DNA from: Coriobacteriales bacterium
GTDB taxonomy: Bacteria; Actinomycetota; Coriobacteriia; Coriobacteriales; CADBOM01
Assembly: GCA_963665595.2 (NCBI GenBank)
Contig: CAXXJK010000009.1
Location: 164,289 to 228,288 of the forward strand
Direction of reading: 5' to 3'
DNA length: 64,000 bases
This document shows, piece after piece, positions 1 to 10,400 of the stretch. Both the position numbers and the translations under genes were made by a program. The first letter of the stretch is position 1, and every line of letters starts with the position of its first letter. The notes under the pieces are model-generated. The model saw nothing but the letters and a program-made list of their open reading frames with translations. It did no database searches and was not told the DNA's origin.

Positions 1-317
1 ATCTCATTCATATAAATTTCAGACTCAATAACCTATCTCTTAAGTGCGCTGTTGAATTTTCATCGGCGCTTTTTTGTTCCTGCTGGATTGTTTATCAAAT
101 GCGGTAACTACTACATACTTGCTCATGAATGCTCATAGAAATGAAACATAGGTATCAAAAACAAAATAGAAAATATATATAAAATATATGTTATTTACTT
201 ATATATAAACAATTGGTATGATTCTTGATTGATTGATTAATTTGCCAGTAGCTTACTACGAAAGAAGACGCCTGTTTGATCGGTAGATATGTATAACTCC
301 CCGAGAGAGGGTCCTCT

Positions 318-2993
318 ATGAAAACAAGTATCGCTTCGAAAAGAGACATCGGCACAGGGAGAAAGATACTGGCAGTCTTGCTCTCATGTATCTTGGTTAT
401 GTCACTTCTTCCTGCTCCAGCGTTTGCTGGCAGCATCGTGATAAAGACACAAGCGACAGACATCTCATCAGCGACACTCTCAACTATCTATGAGCAGACG
501 TGGGCGGGAAGAGCCATGACTCCTGAGCCCACCGTTACCTATAGCGGCACGCCGCTTGTTAAAGATACCGACTACACTCTCTCCTATACCAACAACGTAA
601 ACCTTGGTACGGCGACGGTAACTGCTACGGGAATCGGCAGTTATACCGGTACTGTAAGCGAGAACTTTACCATCACGCCGTTTGTCTATCATGTGGTAAC
701 CGACGGAAGCGAAGTAGGCAATGGGGCCTATATCCAAAGAACCATTTTGGATATGATTCATGGAGTTGTTCCCGCAACCTTAGGTGGAGTAGATGTTGTA
801 AGCGTGAATATCGGCAGCCCCGGGTTTACTTCTCTTGACATAAGCGCCAATACGCAACTGAAAGTGCTTGATTGTAGCTTCAATCAACTCACTTCTCTTG
901 ACATCAGTGCCAATACGCAACTGATAGAGCTTTATTGTGGCTCCAATCAGATCACCTCTCTCAACGTCAGTGGCAATACGCAATTGATAAGTCTTAGCTG
1001 TTACAATAATCAGCTCACCTCTCTTGATGTGAGCGCTAACACGCAACTGACACAACTTGATTGTGACAGCAATCAGCTTACCTCTCTTGATGCGAGTGCT
1101 AATACGCAATTACAGTTTCTCGATTGTAGCTTCAATCAACTTACCTCTCTTGATGTCAGCGCCAATACGCGACTAAAAGAACTTTATTGTCACGGCAATC
1201 AGCTCACCTCTTTCGACATTAGTAGCAGTACGCAACTGATAGAGCTTTATTGTGGCTCCAATCAGATCACCTCTCTCGACGTCAGTAGCAATACGCAATT
1301 GATAGATCTTAGCTGCCTCAGCAACCAGCTCACCTCTCTTGACATAAGCGCTAATACGCAGCTGACCGCTCTGTATTGTCAGTATAACTACATCGCCGAC
1401 ACCTCAGTTCTTGAGGCCTGGCTTGCAACGCCGGGACACTCAGGACAGGTCTTGCCACAGTACGCACGTAATATAGCAGATGCAGGCGTGGCACCGATCT
1501 CTGATGTGACCTACACCGGGTCTGCGATCACACCGCTACCGGTAGTGACCTATGGGGCCACCACCCTAACAGCAGGCAGCGACTATACGCTTGCCTACAG
1601 TGGTAACACCTCTGTAGGGAGTGCCACTATTACCATCACGGGCACAGGTCACTACGCCGGTACACAAGAGGTAAGCTTTAACATTGTGGCTGCAGACATC
1701 GCTTCGGCAAGTATCGCTCCTGTATCTAATCAGGTATGGACGGGGTCAGCTATTACGCCTGCACCTGTTCTTACCTTTAACGGGGCCACACTGCTAGCAG
1801 ATACTGACTACACGCTTTCCTATAGCAATAACGTGAGTGTCGGTACGGCCACTATCACGATCACCGGCACGGGTAACTTCACCTCTACCACTTCTACCAC
1901 CTTTGATATCGTAGGCCGCGATATAGCAGATGCGAGCGTGGCACCGATCTCTGATGTGACCTATACCGGGTCTGCGATCACACCGCTACCGGTAGTGACC
2001 TATGGAGCCACCACCTTGACAGCAGGCAGCGACTATACGCTTGCCTACGCCGATAATACCAGCGTCGGTAGCGCTACCATCACCATCACCGGTATCGGAA
2101 GCTACACCGGTACCACGAGTACTACCTTCAATATCATCCCCAAAAGCATAGCCTCAAGTGTAATAGCTCCCATCTCTAAGAAACTCTATGTAGGTATTCC
2201 CGTAGAGCCAACGCTGGCTGTCAGCGATGGTGCTACTACCTTGACCTTAGGAGTTGACTACACCAAAAGCTATACCAATAACACCGTAAACGGTACGGCT
2301 ACGGCCACTATCACCGGTATCGGTAACTATACCGCTACTAACAGCACTGACTTTACGGTCGTCAGGTTCAGCGATGTAAGCTATGACATGTGGTATATCA
2401 CTGATGGCTGGCTTACCTATGTAGTTGAAAATGATCTTATGAGTGGGTATGCCGGTACTACCGAGTTTGGTCCACTTGATTTCATTTCGCGCGGTCAGGT
2501 AGCAACAATTCTCTATCGCGCAGCGTGTAACGAAGATCCTTCTCTTATTGCTATCTATGGTTCAACTATTGACCCAAGTAACTATGCCACTACTGCGGTA
2601 TTTGATGATGAAGCGACCGGAGTCTATTACACCGCCGCTATCAACTGGGCAAAGGCAGTAGGCGTTATGACAGGCTATGGGCCTGAGTATACGCATGTAG
2701 CACCCGATAACCTGATATCACGAGAAGAACTCTGCGCCATGATTACACGCTATGTACGGGTTATAGATCCCGTCAAGGGAGCTCAGACCGGTCCGGTTGA
2801 CTACAGCCATATACAAGGTATGGATGAGGTTTCTGATTGGGCACTTGCTAACGTTGAATGGTGCGCTTCTTGGGGCATCATAGGAGGCGTCAACAGGGGC
2901 AGCGGCATCCTTGTGATGAACCCACATGATGCTGCCTGGCGTGCCAGTATGGCCAAGATGATTACCGTATCTATACGGGACGTCATAGGGTAG
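318..2993 (+). CDS. Secreted cell-surface protein with a signal peptide, leucine-rich repeats, Ig-like repeat modules and C-terminal SLH-like wall-binding segments
   Basis: The N-terminus has a hydrophobic signal (ILAVLLSCILVMSLLPAPAFA). Nine tandem 21-aa units follow (TSLDxSANTQLxxLxCxxNQL). Repeated ~75-aa modules end in GTATITITGxGxYTG. The C-terminus has three SLH-like segments (FSDVSYDMWY..., VAPDNLISREELCAMITRYV, MDEVSDWALANVEW). Confidence 0.8.
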   Translation: MKTSIASKRDIGTGRKILAVLLSCILVMSLLPAPAFAGSIVIKTQATDISSATLSTIYEQTWAGRAMTPEPTVTYSGTPLVKDTDYTLSYTNNVNLGTATVTATGIGSYTGTVSENFTITPFVYHVVTDGSEVGNGAYIQRTILDMIHGVVPATLGGVDVVSVNIGSPGFTSLDISANTQLKVLDCSFNQLTSLDISANTQLIELYCGSNQITSLNVSGNTQLISLSCYNNQLTSLDVSANTQLTQLDCDSNQLTSLDASANTQLQFLDCSFNQLTSLDVSANTRLKELYCHGNQLTSFDISSSTQLIELYCGSNQITSLDVSSNTQLIDLSCLSNQLTSLDISANTQLTALYCQYNYIADTSVLEAWLATPGHSGQVLPQYARNIADAGVAPISDVTYTGSAITPLPVVTYGATTLTAGSDYTLAYSGNTSVGSATITITGTGHYAGTQEVSFNIVAADIASASIAPVSNQVWTGSAITPAPVLTFNGATLLADTDYTLSYSNNVSVGTATITITGTGNFTSTTSTTFDIVGRDIADASVAPISDVTYTGSAITPLPVVTYGATTLTAGSDYTLAYADNTSVGSATITITGIGSYTGTTSTTFNIIPKSIASSVIAPISKKLYVGIPVEPTLAVSDGATTLTLGVDYTKSYTNNTVNGTATATITGIGNYTATNSTDFTVVRFSDVSYDMWYITDGWLTYVVENDLMSGYAGTTEFGPLDFISRGQVATILYRAACNEDPSLIAIYGSTIDPSNYATTAVFDDEATGVYYTAAINWAKAVGVMTGYGPEYTHVAPDNLISREELCAMITRYVRVIDPVKGAQTGPVDYSHIQGMDEVSDWALANVEWCASWGIIGGVNRGSGILVMNPHDAAWRASMAKMITVSIRDVIG
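828..1394 (+). repeat. In-frame tandem 63-bp repeats, nine units, encoding the LRR domain
   Basis: The period is 63 bp (acttctcttgaca at 828 and 891, and so on). The repeats are coding and are not a CRISPR array. Confidence 0.85.
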
Positions 2994-3017
2994 CAGCTAC
3001 ACACATACAGAGTTACA

Positions 3018-3045
3018 AGTATGGGTCGCCTAGGCGACCCATACT
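3018..3045. terminator. Bidirectional hairpin terminator between convergent genes
   Basis: Perfect palindrome agtatgggtcgcc/taggcgacccatact, followed by a T-containing tract. Confidence 0.55.
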
Positions 3046-3092
3046 GTTGTCAAGAAATATTTTTATACCATTAGGCGGTATAGACATGTCTC

Positions 3093-4112
3093 TTAAAAAG
3101 GATTGTTTGTAAACAAGAAAAGTGCAATTATAACGATGCCGAGGATGATGCGGTACCATCCAAAAACAGTAAAGTCATTCTTCTTGATATATCCTATAAG
3201 GAATTTTATGGCAAGTATTGAGACAACAAATGACACGATACAGCCCGTAAGCAATAAGGCGATCTCAAGGCCAGTATATGAAAACCCAAATTTGATAACC
3301 TTTACAAGACTCCATCCAAACATGATTGGAATCGCGAGGAAGAATGCAAATTCTGCGGCAACGGTGCGGGAGAGGCCCAGAATCATTGAGCCAAGAATTG
3401 TTGAGCCAGAACGAGAAGTTCCCGGAATGATTGCAAGACACTGAAAGCAACCGATAAAAAATGCACGACGGTAGCCGATTTCATCGAGTGTTATCACTTT
3501 TGCATATAACTCAGAGGTGTCTTCCTGCAAAGAGGGGGAGACAGAACTATCTTGCGATATATTGAGGGTGTCTGCGTGTGCTGCATGCTTTATGTTTGAG
3601 GTAGAGTGACGAGGACGGTATTCATCAGTGCTGAGAGAATGAGATGATGAGACTTCAGGAGACCCGTGCAATGTGAGTAATTCGCCTGCTTTGTGCCGAT
3701 TGATGCGTTCAATGATAATAAAGGCAATACCATAGACAATAAGGGCTATAGCCACAACAACATAATTATAAAGATGAGAGTTTACCCAATCATCAAACAA
3801 CACGCCAACAATAGCAGCGGGTATGGTTCCCACGAGAACCTTCCCCCAGAGGGAGAGGGTTTGTTTGCGCTCGTGACTGTTTTTACGAGGCGAAAATGGG
3901 TTGAGCTTATGGAAGTATAAGACAATAACCGCCATGATGGCACCCAGCTGAATTACGACAAGAAAAAGTTTTAAAAACGCGTCCGACACGTTGAGTTTGA
4001 GAAATTCGTCCACAATAATCATGTGACCGGTACTCGATATAGGCAACCACTCAGTGATACCCTCTACTATGCCGAGGAAGGCAGCCTTGAGTAGCTCTAT
4101 TACGATATCCAT
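3093..4112 (-). CDS. uppP: Undecaprenyl-diphosphate phosphatase (BacA/UppP) with a hydrophilic insertion
   Basis: Carries the motifs [17 protein letters not shown] and [10 protein letters not shown] and has a polytopic profile. The likely start is the ATG at 4112, with GAGAGGA upstream; the track ORF instead begins at a GTG at 4133. Confidence 0.85.
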   Translation of the reverse strand: MDIVIELLKAAFLGIVEGITEWLPISSTGHMIIVDEFLKLNVSDAFLKLFLVVIQLGAIMAVIVLYFHKLNPFSPRKNSHERKQTLSLWGKVLVGTIPAAIVGVLFDDWVNSHLYNYVVVAIALIVYGIAFIIIERINRHKAGELLTLHGSPEVSSSHSLSTDEYRPRHSTSNIKHAAHADTLNISQDSSVSPSLQEDTSELYAKVITLDEIGYRRAFFIGCFQCLAIIPGTSRSGSTILGSMILGLSRTVAAEFAFFLAIPIMFGWSLVKVIKFGFSYTGLEIALLLTGCIVSFVVSILAIKFLIGYIKKNDFTVFGWYRIILGIVIIALFLFTNNPF

Positions 4113-4203
4113 AACATCCTCTCGTGGTGGCACAAATATAGTCTCATCACATTAGTCTAGATAATAATCGGTAGTATGCTAGCGCATATAGCTTACAAAT
4201 ATC

Positions 4204-5505
4204 TTACGTTTTTGCAAGATAGGGCGAAGAGGAGGGTTCCACGGCTCCCTGATTCGTATCAGTGACGTTTGTGTCATCACAGGGAGTGGACAAAACATCG
4301 CGTCTTCTTCGCAGAATATCGCCGGGCATAAGAGGGGATCGAGCAGTAAAACAATAGCGTTCCATTGTCTTATTTGCTACGGCTGTGGCTCCTGTACGCT
4401 CATGTATGAGATTTGATACTTTCAATGAAGCAACAGGCTTGCCCGGAGAAAGTACTTCAAGTTCGTCATCTGCGAAGAAACGGTTACGTTCGACAACCGT
4501 TATCGTGAAGCATTCTTGTGATTCTTGTTTACAATCTAGGACTGTGGCAATCAAGTCGTGGGTCTGAGTATAGCCTTCGTTTTTTTCTGTCTGCTGAGCT
4601 GCGCCATAGAAAAAGCCTGTGTGATACGGGCGATGGCTCACCGCTTCCATTTCGGGGAGAAAAAGCTGCGGATCTGCTCCGTCGAGTACCTGTCGGTATG
4701 CGTTTGTTACAACCGCTACATAATAGAAACTTTTAGCCCGTCCCTCGATTTTTATTGAGTGCACTCCTGCTTTCTCAAGTTCATTCAAATGTTCAAGCAT
4801 CATGAGGTCTGAAGAACTGAATAGGTAGGAACCCTTTGTGTCTTCCTCAATGGGGAAATACTGGCCTGGTCTCGTCCGTTCCATGACGGCGTATTCCCAT
4901 CGGCACGGTTGTGTGCAACAACCCTGATTCGCGCTACGATGGGTAAGATGGTCGCTGATAAGGCAGCGTCCGCTGACGGCCATGCACATTGCTCCGTGGA
5001 CAAACACCTCAAGCTCTAGTTCGTCGGGGAGTTGGCTGCGCATGTGGGATATTTCCTGTAATGATAATTCTCTTGCGAGCACTATACGCTGCGCACCGAG
5101 CTCATGGTAGACACGCGCTGCTTCGGCGTTTGCGCAGGACGTTTGAGTTGAAATATGTATATCGATATGTGGCGCATAAAGACGAGCAAGGCGCAGGGCG
5201 CCAAGGTCGCTTACTATGATGGCATCCACACCCAGGTTATCGAGTTCTCTTAGATGATCTGCAAGTTTGTCAATATCTTTGTCGTGCATAAGCATATTCA
5301 CCGGTACGTGTACTCGAGCACCCTGACTATGCGCGTAGATAATTCCCTGCAAAAATTCTTCATCTGAAAAGCCATCGGCCTGTCGGCGAAGACCGAATTC
5401 ATCGCCGCCCATATAGACTGCATCTGCACCAAAGTGCAGCGCATAGCGTAGTTGTTCTGTGCCGCCAGCAGGGGCGAGGAGTTCCATCTTTGACATGTGC
5501 ACCAT
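4204..5505 (-). CDS. Peptidase U32 family protein
   Basis: N-terminus ELLAPAGG...ALHFGADAVYMGG and central E..VHGAMC..SGRC, both typical of the U32 family. The exact start is uncertain. Confidence 0.75.
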   Translation of the reverse strand: MVHMSKMELLAPAGGTEQLRYALHFGADAVYMGGDEFGLRRQADGFSDEEFLQGIIYAHSQGARVHVPVNMLMHDKDIDKLADHLRELDNLGVDAIIVSDLGALRLARLYAPHIDIHISTQTSCANAEAARVYHELGAQRIVLARELSLQEISHMRSQLPDELELEVFVHGAMCMAVSGRCLISDHLTHRSANQGCCTQPCRWEYAVMERTRPGQYFPIEEDTKGSYLFSSSDLMMLEHLNELEKAGVHSIKIEGRAKSFYYVAVVTNAYRQVLDGADPQLFLPEMEAVSHRPYHTGFFYGAAQQTEKNEGYTQTHDLIATVLDCKQESQECFTITVVERNRFFADDELEVLSPGKPVASLKVSNLIHERTGATAVANKTMERYCFTARSPLMPGDILRRRRDVLSTPCDDTNVTDTNQGAVEPSSSPYLAKT

Positions 5506-5621
5506 TATACGTGTGAGGTATGCCGGTGGACGATAAATCAGATAACCTCTATAGAATATGACAAGCGTATCGCGTAAAATGACCCATTACTGACAGTCCG
5601 AGAAAGAAGGCTTTACCAAAT

Positions 5622-6671
5622 ATGACGAAAACGATTTCTCACGCTGTGAGATTTGTTCCTGTTACCTCACCTCGGGATATTGAAAAAGTATCTGCGCTTG
5701 CTCAGATGATATGGTATGAGTATTTTCCTTCAATCATCGGGCAATCCGATACGGATTACTTGGTAAAAAAACTTCAAACTCCCTTTGCAATTGCTGATCA
5801 GATCGCCGAGGGATATCAGTATTTTTTCATAACCGAAAACGGTCAGCTCATAGGGTATGTTTCCGTGATTGTTAAAGAGGAGGATCTCTACCTCAGCAAG
5901 TTGTATTTAGCGAAGAATTTTCGGGGGAGTCGGCGCAGCTCACAAGCGCTCGAGCTGCTTACCACTTATTGCTGCGAAAACGGATTATCGGGTATTAGCC
6001 TCAATTGTAATAAAAATAACGTAGACTCATGGGCAATCTATGAACACTGGGGGTTTGTGCGGGTAGGTTCTGAAAAGATTTCTATGGGCGAAGGCCATTA
6101 TATGGACGATTATGTCTATCGTTTGCCTATCGTTTCTGAATATAGCGCTGAGAAGGATGGTGGGTCTCAGCGAGCGACCACAGTTACGAGGGCCGATGGT
6201 GCCCTCGCCTCTCCTGTACGCAAGAAGATAGCGCTACCTGAAAACGATCGGAAAGATTTTTCTCGTCTGGCGCGCGATTATGCCGCTGACCTAGAGAAGC
6301 TGCCTCGTTTCAGCCTCGCAAGTTTTTTGCTAACACCTGTCTGGGCCCCCGCTCATGGATTCTGGATTGCCATCCTGCTCTATCCCGCATGGGTATTCGT
6401 AGATGCTCTCATACGCCAGGCGGTCGACCAGTTGACGGTATTTTCGATAGCCATCGCTGCTATTATTTTGTGCGCAACCATTGCTCTTTCAGCTTGGATT
6501 GCATCAAGCTCTCAGCGTAATGCGTATCTACGTGTCGCGGGTAAGGTTTCCTTTGAAACCTATAGAGCGCGCGAACGCATCTGGAATATCGTGAGCGTTC
6601 CTCTGGCTCTTATCATCGTGGGATTGGCAACATATTACAATATTGTTATCTACCCGACATTAATCGGTTAG
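5622..6671 (+). CDS. GNAT-family N-acetyltransferase fused to a C-terminal multi-TM domain
   Basis: GNAT-like core (LSKLYLAKNFRGSRRSSQALELL...YEHWGF). Three hydrophobic helices lie in the last ~130 aa. Confidence 0.6.
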   Translation: MTKTISHAVRFVPVTSPRDIEKVSALAQMIWYEYFPSIIGQSDTDYLVKKLQTPFAIADQIAEGYQYFFITENGQLIGYVSVIVKEEDLYLSKLYLAKNFRGSRRSSQALELLTTYCCENGLSGISLNCNKNNVDSWAIYEHWGFVRVGSEKISMGEGHYMDDYVYRLPIVSEYSAEKDGGSQRATTVTRADGALASPVRKKIALPENDRKDFSRLARDYAADLEKLPRFSLASFLLTPVWAPAHGFWIAILLYPAWVFVDALIRQAVDQLTVFSIAIAAIILCATIALSAWIASSSQRNAYLRVAGKVSFETYRARERIWNIVSVPLALIIVGLATYYNIVIYPTLIG

Positions 6672-7337
6672 TACGTCTTTCACGCAATGAGGCGTTTCCT
6701 GCGGACACAGGTCAGCAATGAAGCATTCCTCGCAACGGGGGCGTGGGGCTTTGCAGATGGTCCTGCCAAATGTGATCCAACGGTGATTCACGTTTTTCCA
6801 TTGATCTTGTGGTATCAGATTGAGCAGATCTTCCTCTGTCTTCGTGGGACTTTTTGCATCGGAAAGTCCTAGGTTATGTGCGATGCGATCTACGTGAGTG
6901 TCCACTGCTATTCCTTCGACAATATCAAATGCAGTATTAAGAATAACATTGGCAGTTTTGCGACCCACTCCCGGCAGGCGCATAAGCTCGGATGCGCTCT
7001 GCGGTACTTCACCACCAAACTCAATTACAAGAGTTTGGGCACAAGCTACCACGCGCTGGGCTTTGGTATGAAAAAAACCAAGGGAGTGAATGACTTCCTC
7101 AACTTCAAAAACTGAGGCATCGGCTAATGAAAAAGGAGTCGGCCAACGTGTAAATAAAGCGGGCGTGACAAGATTTACCGCGCGATCTGTTGTCTGCGCA
7201 GAGAGCACCACGGCAATGGCGAGCTCAAACGGATTATTATAGTTAAGAAATCCGCTTGTCTCAGGATAATAGGCATCAATACGATCGACGACAATCTGAG
7301 CGCGTTGCTTTCTATGCTTGATACTTTCGCGTGGCAT
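6660..7337 (-). CDS. nth: Endonuclease III
   Basis: HhH-GPD motif LPGVGRKTANVIL and C-terminal 4Fe-4S cysteines CKAPRPRCEECFIADLC. Confidence 0.9.
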   Translation of the reverse strand: MPRESIKHRKQRAQIVVDRIDAYYPETSGFLNYNNPFELAIAVVLSAQTTDRAVNLVTPALFTRWPTPFSLADASVFEVEEVIHSLGFFHTKAQRVVACAQTLVIEFGGEVPQSASELMRLPGVGRKTANVILNTAFDIVEGIAVDTHVDRIAHNLGLSDAKSPTKTEEDLLNLIPQDQWKNVNHRWITFGRTICKAPRPRCEECFIADLCPQETPHCVKDVLTD

Positions 7338-7487
7338 GGATCGTCCTCTTTCGTTTCTTTTTTGTACACGATCTGCGGTTTTTCGTTATTTTAGCGCAAC
7401 TGTACCGAGCGAGCGTAGATACATGATAAGGTCGCGGAAAAGTGTTACATCTTAACCGGTCTCTGGTGAGAATGACCGGCTTTTCTC

Positions 7488-10400
7488 ATGCATAGTCGGC
7501 GAACGGTCGGCGGAATCGAAAGGTATACGGTGTTTATAGACAGTATTGCATATCCGCTCATGCACGCTCCCGAATTAAAACCATTGTTTGAAAAACTTTC
7601 TTCGGGTGAAGATAGCACATCAGGTATACCTCTTTCGGCGCGCCCGCTGATGATCGCCGCCGCTTTTGCATTACATCCTCGACCCATGCTGGTAGTTGTG
7701 CCCGGCGAAGAGACGGCTGAACGGCTATCCTTTCTTCTTGCCTCATATCTCGATTACGATTCGGTACAGGTACTGCCCGGTAGATCAGCTTATCCCTGGT
7801 CTGATCGCCTTGCCGATTCTCAGGAGATTGGTCGTCGCATTCGGGCACTTCGCTCATTACAGAAAGGAGACGCGTGCATTGTGGTAACAAGTTCACGCAC
7901 GCTTCTCCGCCGCCTTCCGCCGCCTGCGTCTCTTCCTATTGAGCCTTTGGTGTTTGTACGTGGCGCGTCGCTTGCTATGCCCTATGACCAGATAGCACGG
8001 TGGCTTCTTGACTCTGGCTATATCCGGATGGATAAAGCCGACGTGCCCGGAACATTTTCTTTTAGGGGAGATACGCTCGATATTTTTGAGGTGACGAGTC
8101 CGTATCTGGTTCGTATAGAACTTTTCGGAGAAGAAGTTGAGTCCCTCCGACACGTTATTGCTTTGACCGGTCAAAGCATCTCCGATGTGGAAACGGTGTC
8201 AATCTATCCCTGCACAGAATTTCCTCTTGGTTATGCTGCGGCCACTCACATTCGTAATGGTCTCATGCGTGTCACAGGAGTGATTTCGACAGAGCAGGAA
8301 CAACATCTTGAGATGATTTCTTCGGGTATCGGGTTTCCTGGTGTAGAACGTTATGTGTCTCTGGCCTATAAGGAACCCGGCATAATTCTTGATTACCTGC
8401 ATACAGACACCCTCACAGTCCTTGTTGAGCCACGGGCATTGTTTGACGACGCCGCTCACGCCTATGAAGATATTGCCGTACACGCAAAGGCGGCGCATTG
8501 TTCATTAGCGGGGCTCTATTTAAAGCCCGAGGAACTTGACTTTGGGACTAATCAACGGTGGACGTTGTTGTCCCTTATGAGAGCGGGAACCTCTGTCGAT
8601 CTTGATTTGACAATAAAGAATGTGGTAAGTGCTCATTCTGAACAACGATTTATGGCTCAGATACAGACGTTATTGAAAGCAAATTTTCTGGTTGTACTCG
8701 GTATTGCGGATCGTAAAACTCGTGAAGATATAAAACTGCTACTTACAGATTATTTCATCCCACTACGAGATGCAGATGGGCATACATTTATACCAAATGT
8801 TGTTAATATACTTTCAACAGATATTCCCGTTGCGCTCATTATTCCTCAGGCACAACTGGCCTTGCTTAACCTGAGCGACTCTTCATCGCGCGCGTGTTCT
8901 TATAGAGGTCGTAAACATATAGATCCTACTTCGATCACATTTCCCTATAGCGTGGGGGATTATGTGGTACACGCGACGCATGGTATAGCGCTGTTTAAAG
9001 AATTTCTCTCTCAGGAAGTCTGCGGCGTACGGCGTGACTACTTGCTCCTTGAATATGCTCACGGAGACAAACTCTATGTACCGGTTGAGCAGGTTGACCG
9101 AGTGACGCGTTATGTGGGCAGTGGTGCCGATGCCCCTCGTCTTACTCGCTTGAATACCAGCGATTGGACGCGTGCAACGAACAAGGCAAGAAAAGCCGTC
9201 AAAGAGCTTGCTTTTGATCTTGTTGACCTCTACGCTCGTCGTTCCTGTGTTGCGGGCTACGCGTACGAACCTGATGGGGAATGGCAGCAGGAGATGGAGC
9301 TGATGTTTCCCTATGAGGAAACTCCTGATCAACTCTCTGCTATCACCGATGTTAAGGTGGACATGGAGTCAACCAAACCGATGGATCGTCTGGTGTGCGG
9401 CGATGTTGGTTTTGGTAAAACAGAAGTTGCTGTCCGCGCGGCGTTTAAAGCTATACAGAGTGGCAAGCAGGTTATGATGCTCTGCCCGACTACTATTCTC
9501 GTGCAACAACACTACACTACTTTTCAAGAGCGTTTTGCTCCGTTTGGCATTACCGTTGATGTGCTATCTCGTTTTAGGAGCGAAGCACAACAGAAGAAAA
9601 CCCTTGAAGCATTTTCTGCGGGAACCGTTGATATGTTGGTGGGCACCCATCGTCTGCTTTCTTCTGATGTCAACCCCAAAGATCTTGGATTGGTAATTAT
9701 CGATGAAGAACAGCGTTTTGGTGTCCAGCACAAGGAGCATCTTAAAAATCTTCGTGAGCATATAGACATACTTACGCTTTCCGCAACACCTATTCCGAGA
9801 ACTTTGCAGATGTCGCTTGCGGGTGTGCGCGATATGTCGCTGATAGAAACGCCACCCCCTCATCGACGTCAGATTGAAGTAACAGTGGGGGAGTGGGACG
9901 AGAATCTTGTTTCAGCTGCCATCAGGCAGGAAATGGCTCGCGATGGACAGGTTTACTATGTGTCAAATCGGGTTAAGTCAATTGATGAGGCGGTGAGACG
10001 CGTTCAGGCAGTGGCTCCCGAGGCTCGTATTGGTGTAGCTCATGGACGTATGGATGCTCATCAGATTGAAGCGGTTATGGAGACATTTGTGGCTGGCGAG
10101 ACCGATGTCCTTATCTCTACTACCATTATTGAGTCGGGTATTGATAATCCCCACACCAATACGCTTATTATCGAGGATTCGCAACGTCTCGGACTCGCCC
10201 AGCTTTATCAGCTTAAGGGGCGTGTAGGCCGTTCACGCACTCAGGCGTATGCTTATTTTCTCTTCCCCCCCGATCGTGCACTAACTCAGGAAGCCATCGA
10301 TCGCTTACTTGCCATTCAGGAATTTCAGGAACTGGGAAGTGGTATGAAAATTGCCATGCGCGATCTTGAAATTCGTGGAGCAGGCTCGCTCTTTGGTGGC

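Noticed and set aside
1-317. AT-rich leader with tatatata runs upstream of the surface-protein gene, considered as a possible repeat element or regulatory RNA
   Set aside because: It shows only simple AT-rich sequence, with no recurring unit or stable hairpin. It is probably an ordinary promoter region.
780-1109. Antisense or shadow ORFs inside long genes. Examples: 780-1109, 7893-8174, 8883-9332, 19827-20489, 20968-21444, 23310-23849, 26657-27118, 43528-44103, 56188-56622, 61383-61889.
   Set aside because: Each lies fully within a motif-supported gene, on the opposite strand or in another frame, and has no motifs of its own.
828-1394. Regular 63-bp tandem repeats that could be mistaken for a CRISPR-like or satellite array
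   Set aside because: The repeats are in frame within a long ORF and encode a leucine-rich repeat consensus. There are no unique spacers.
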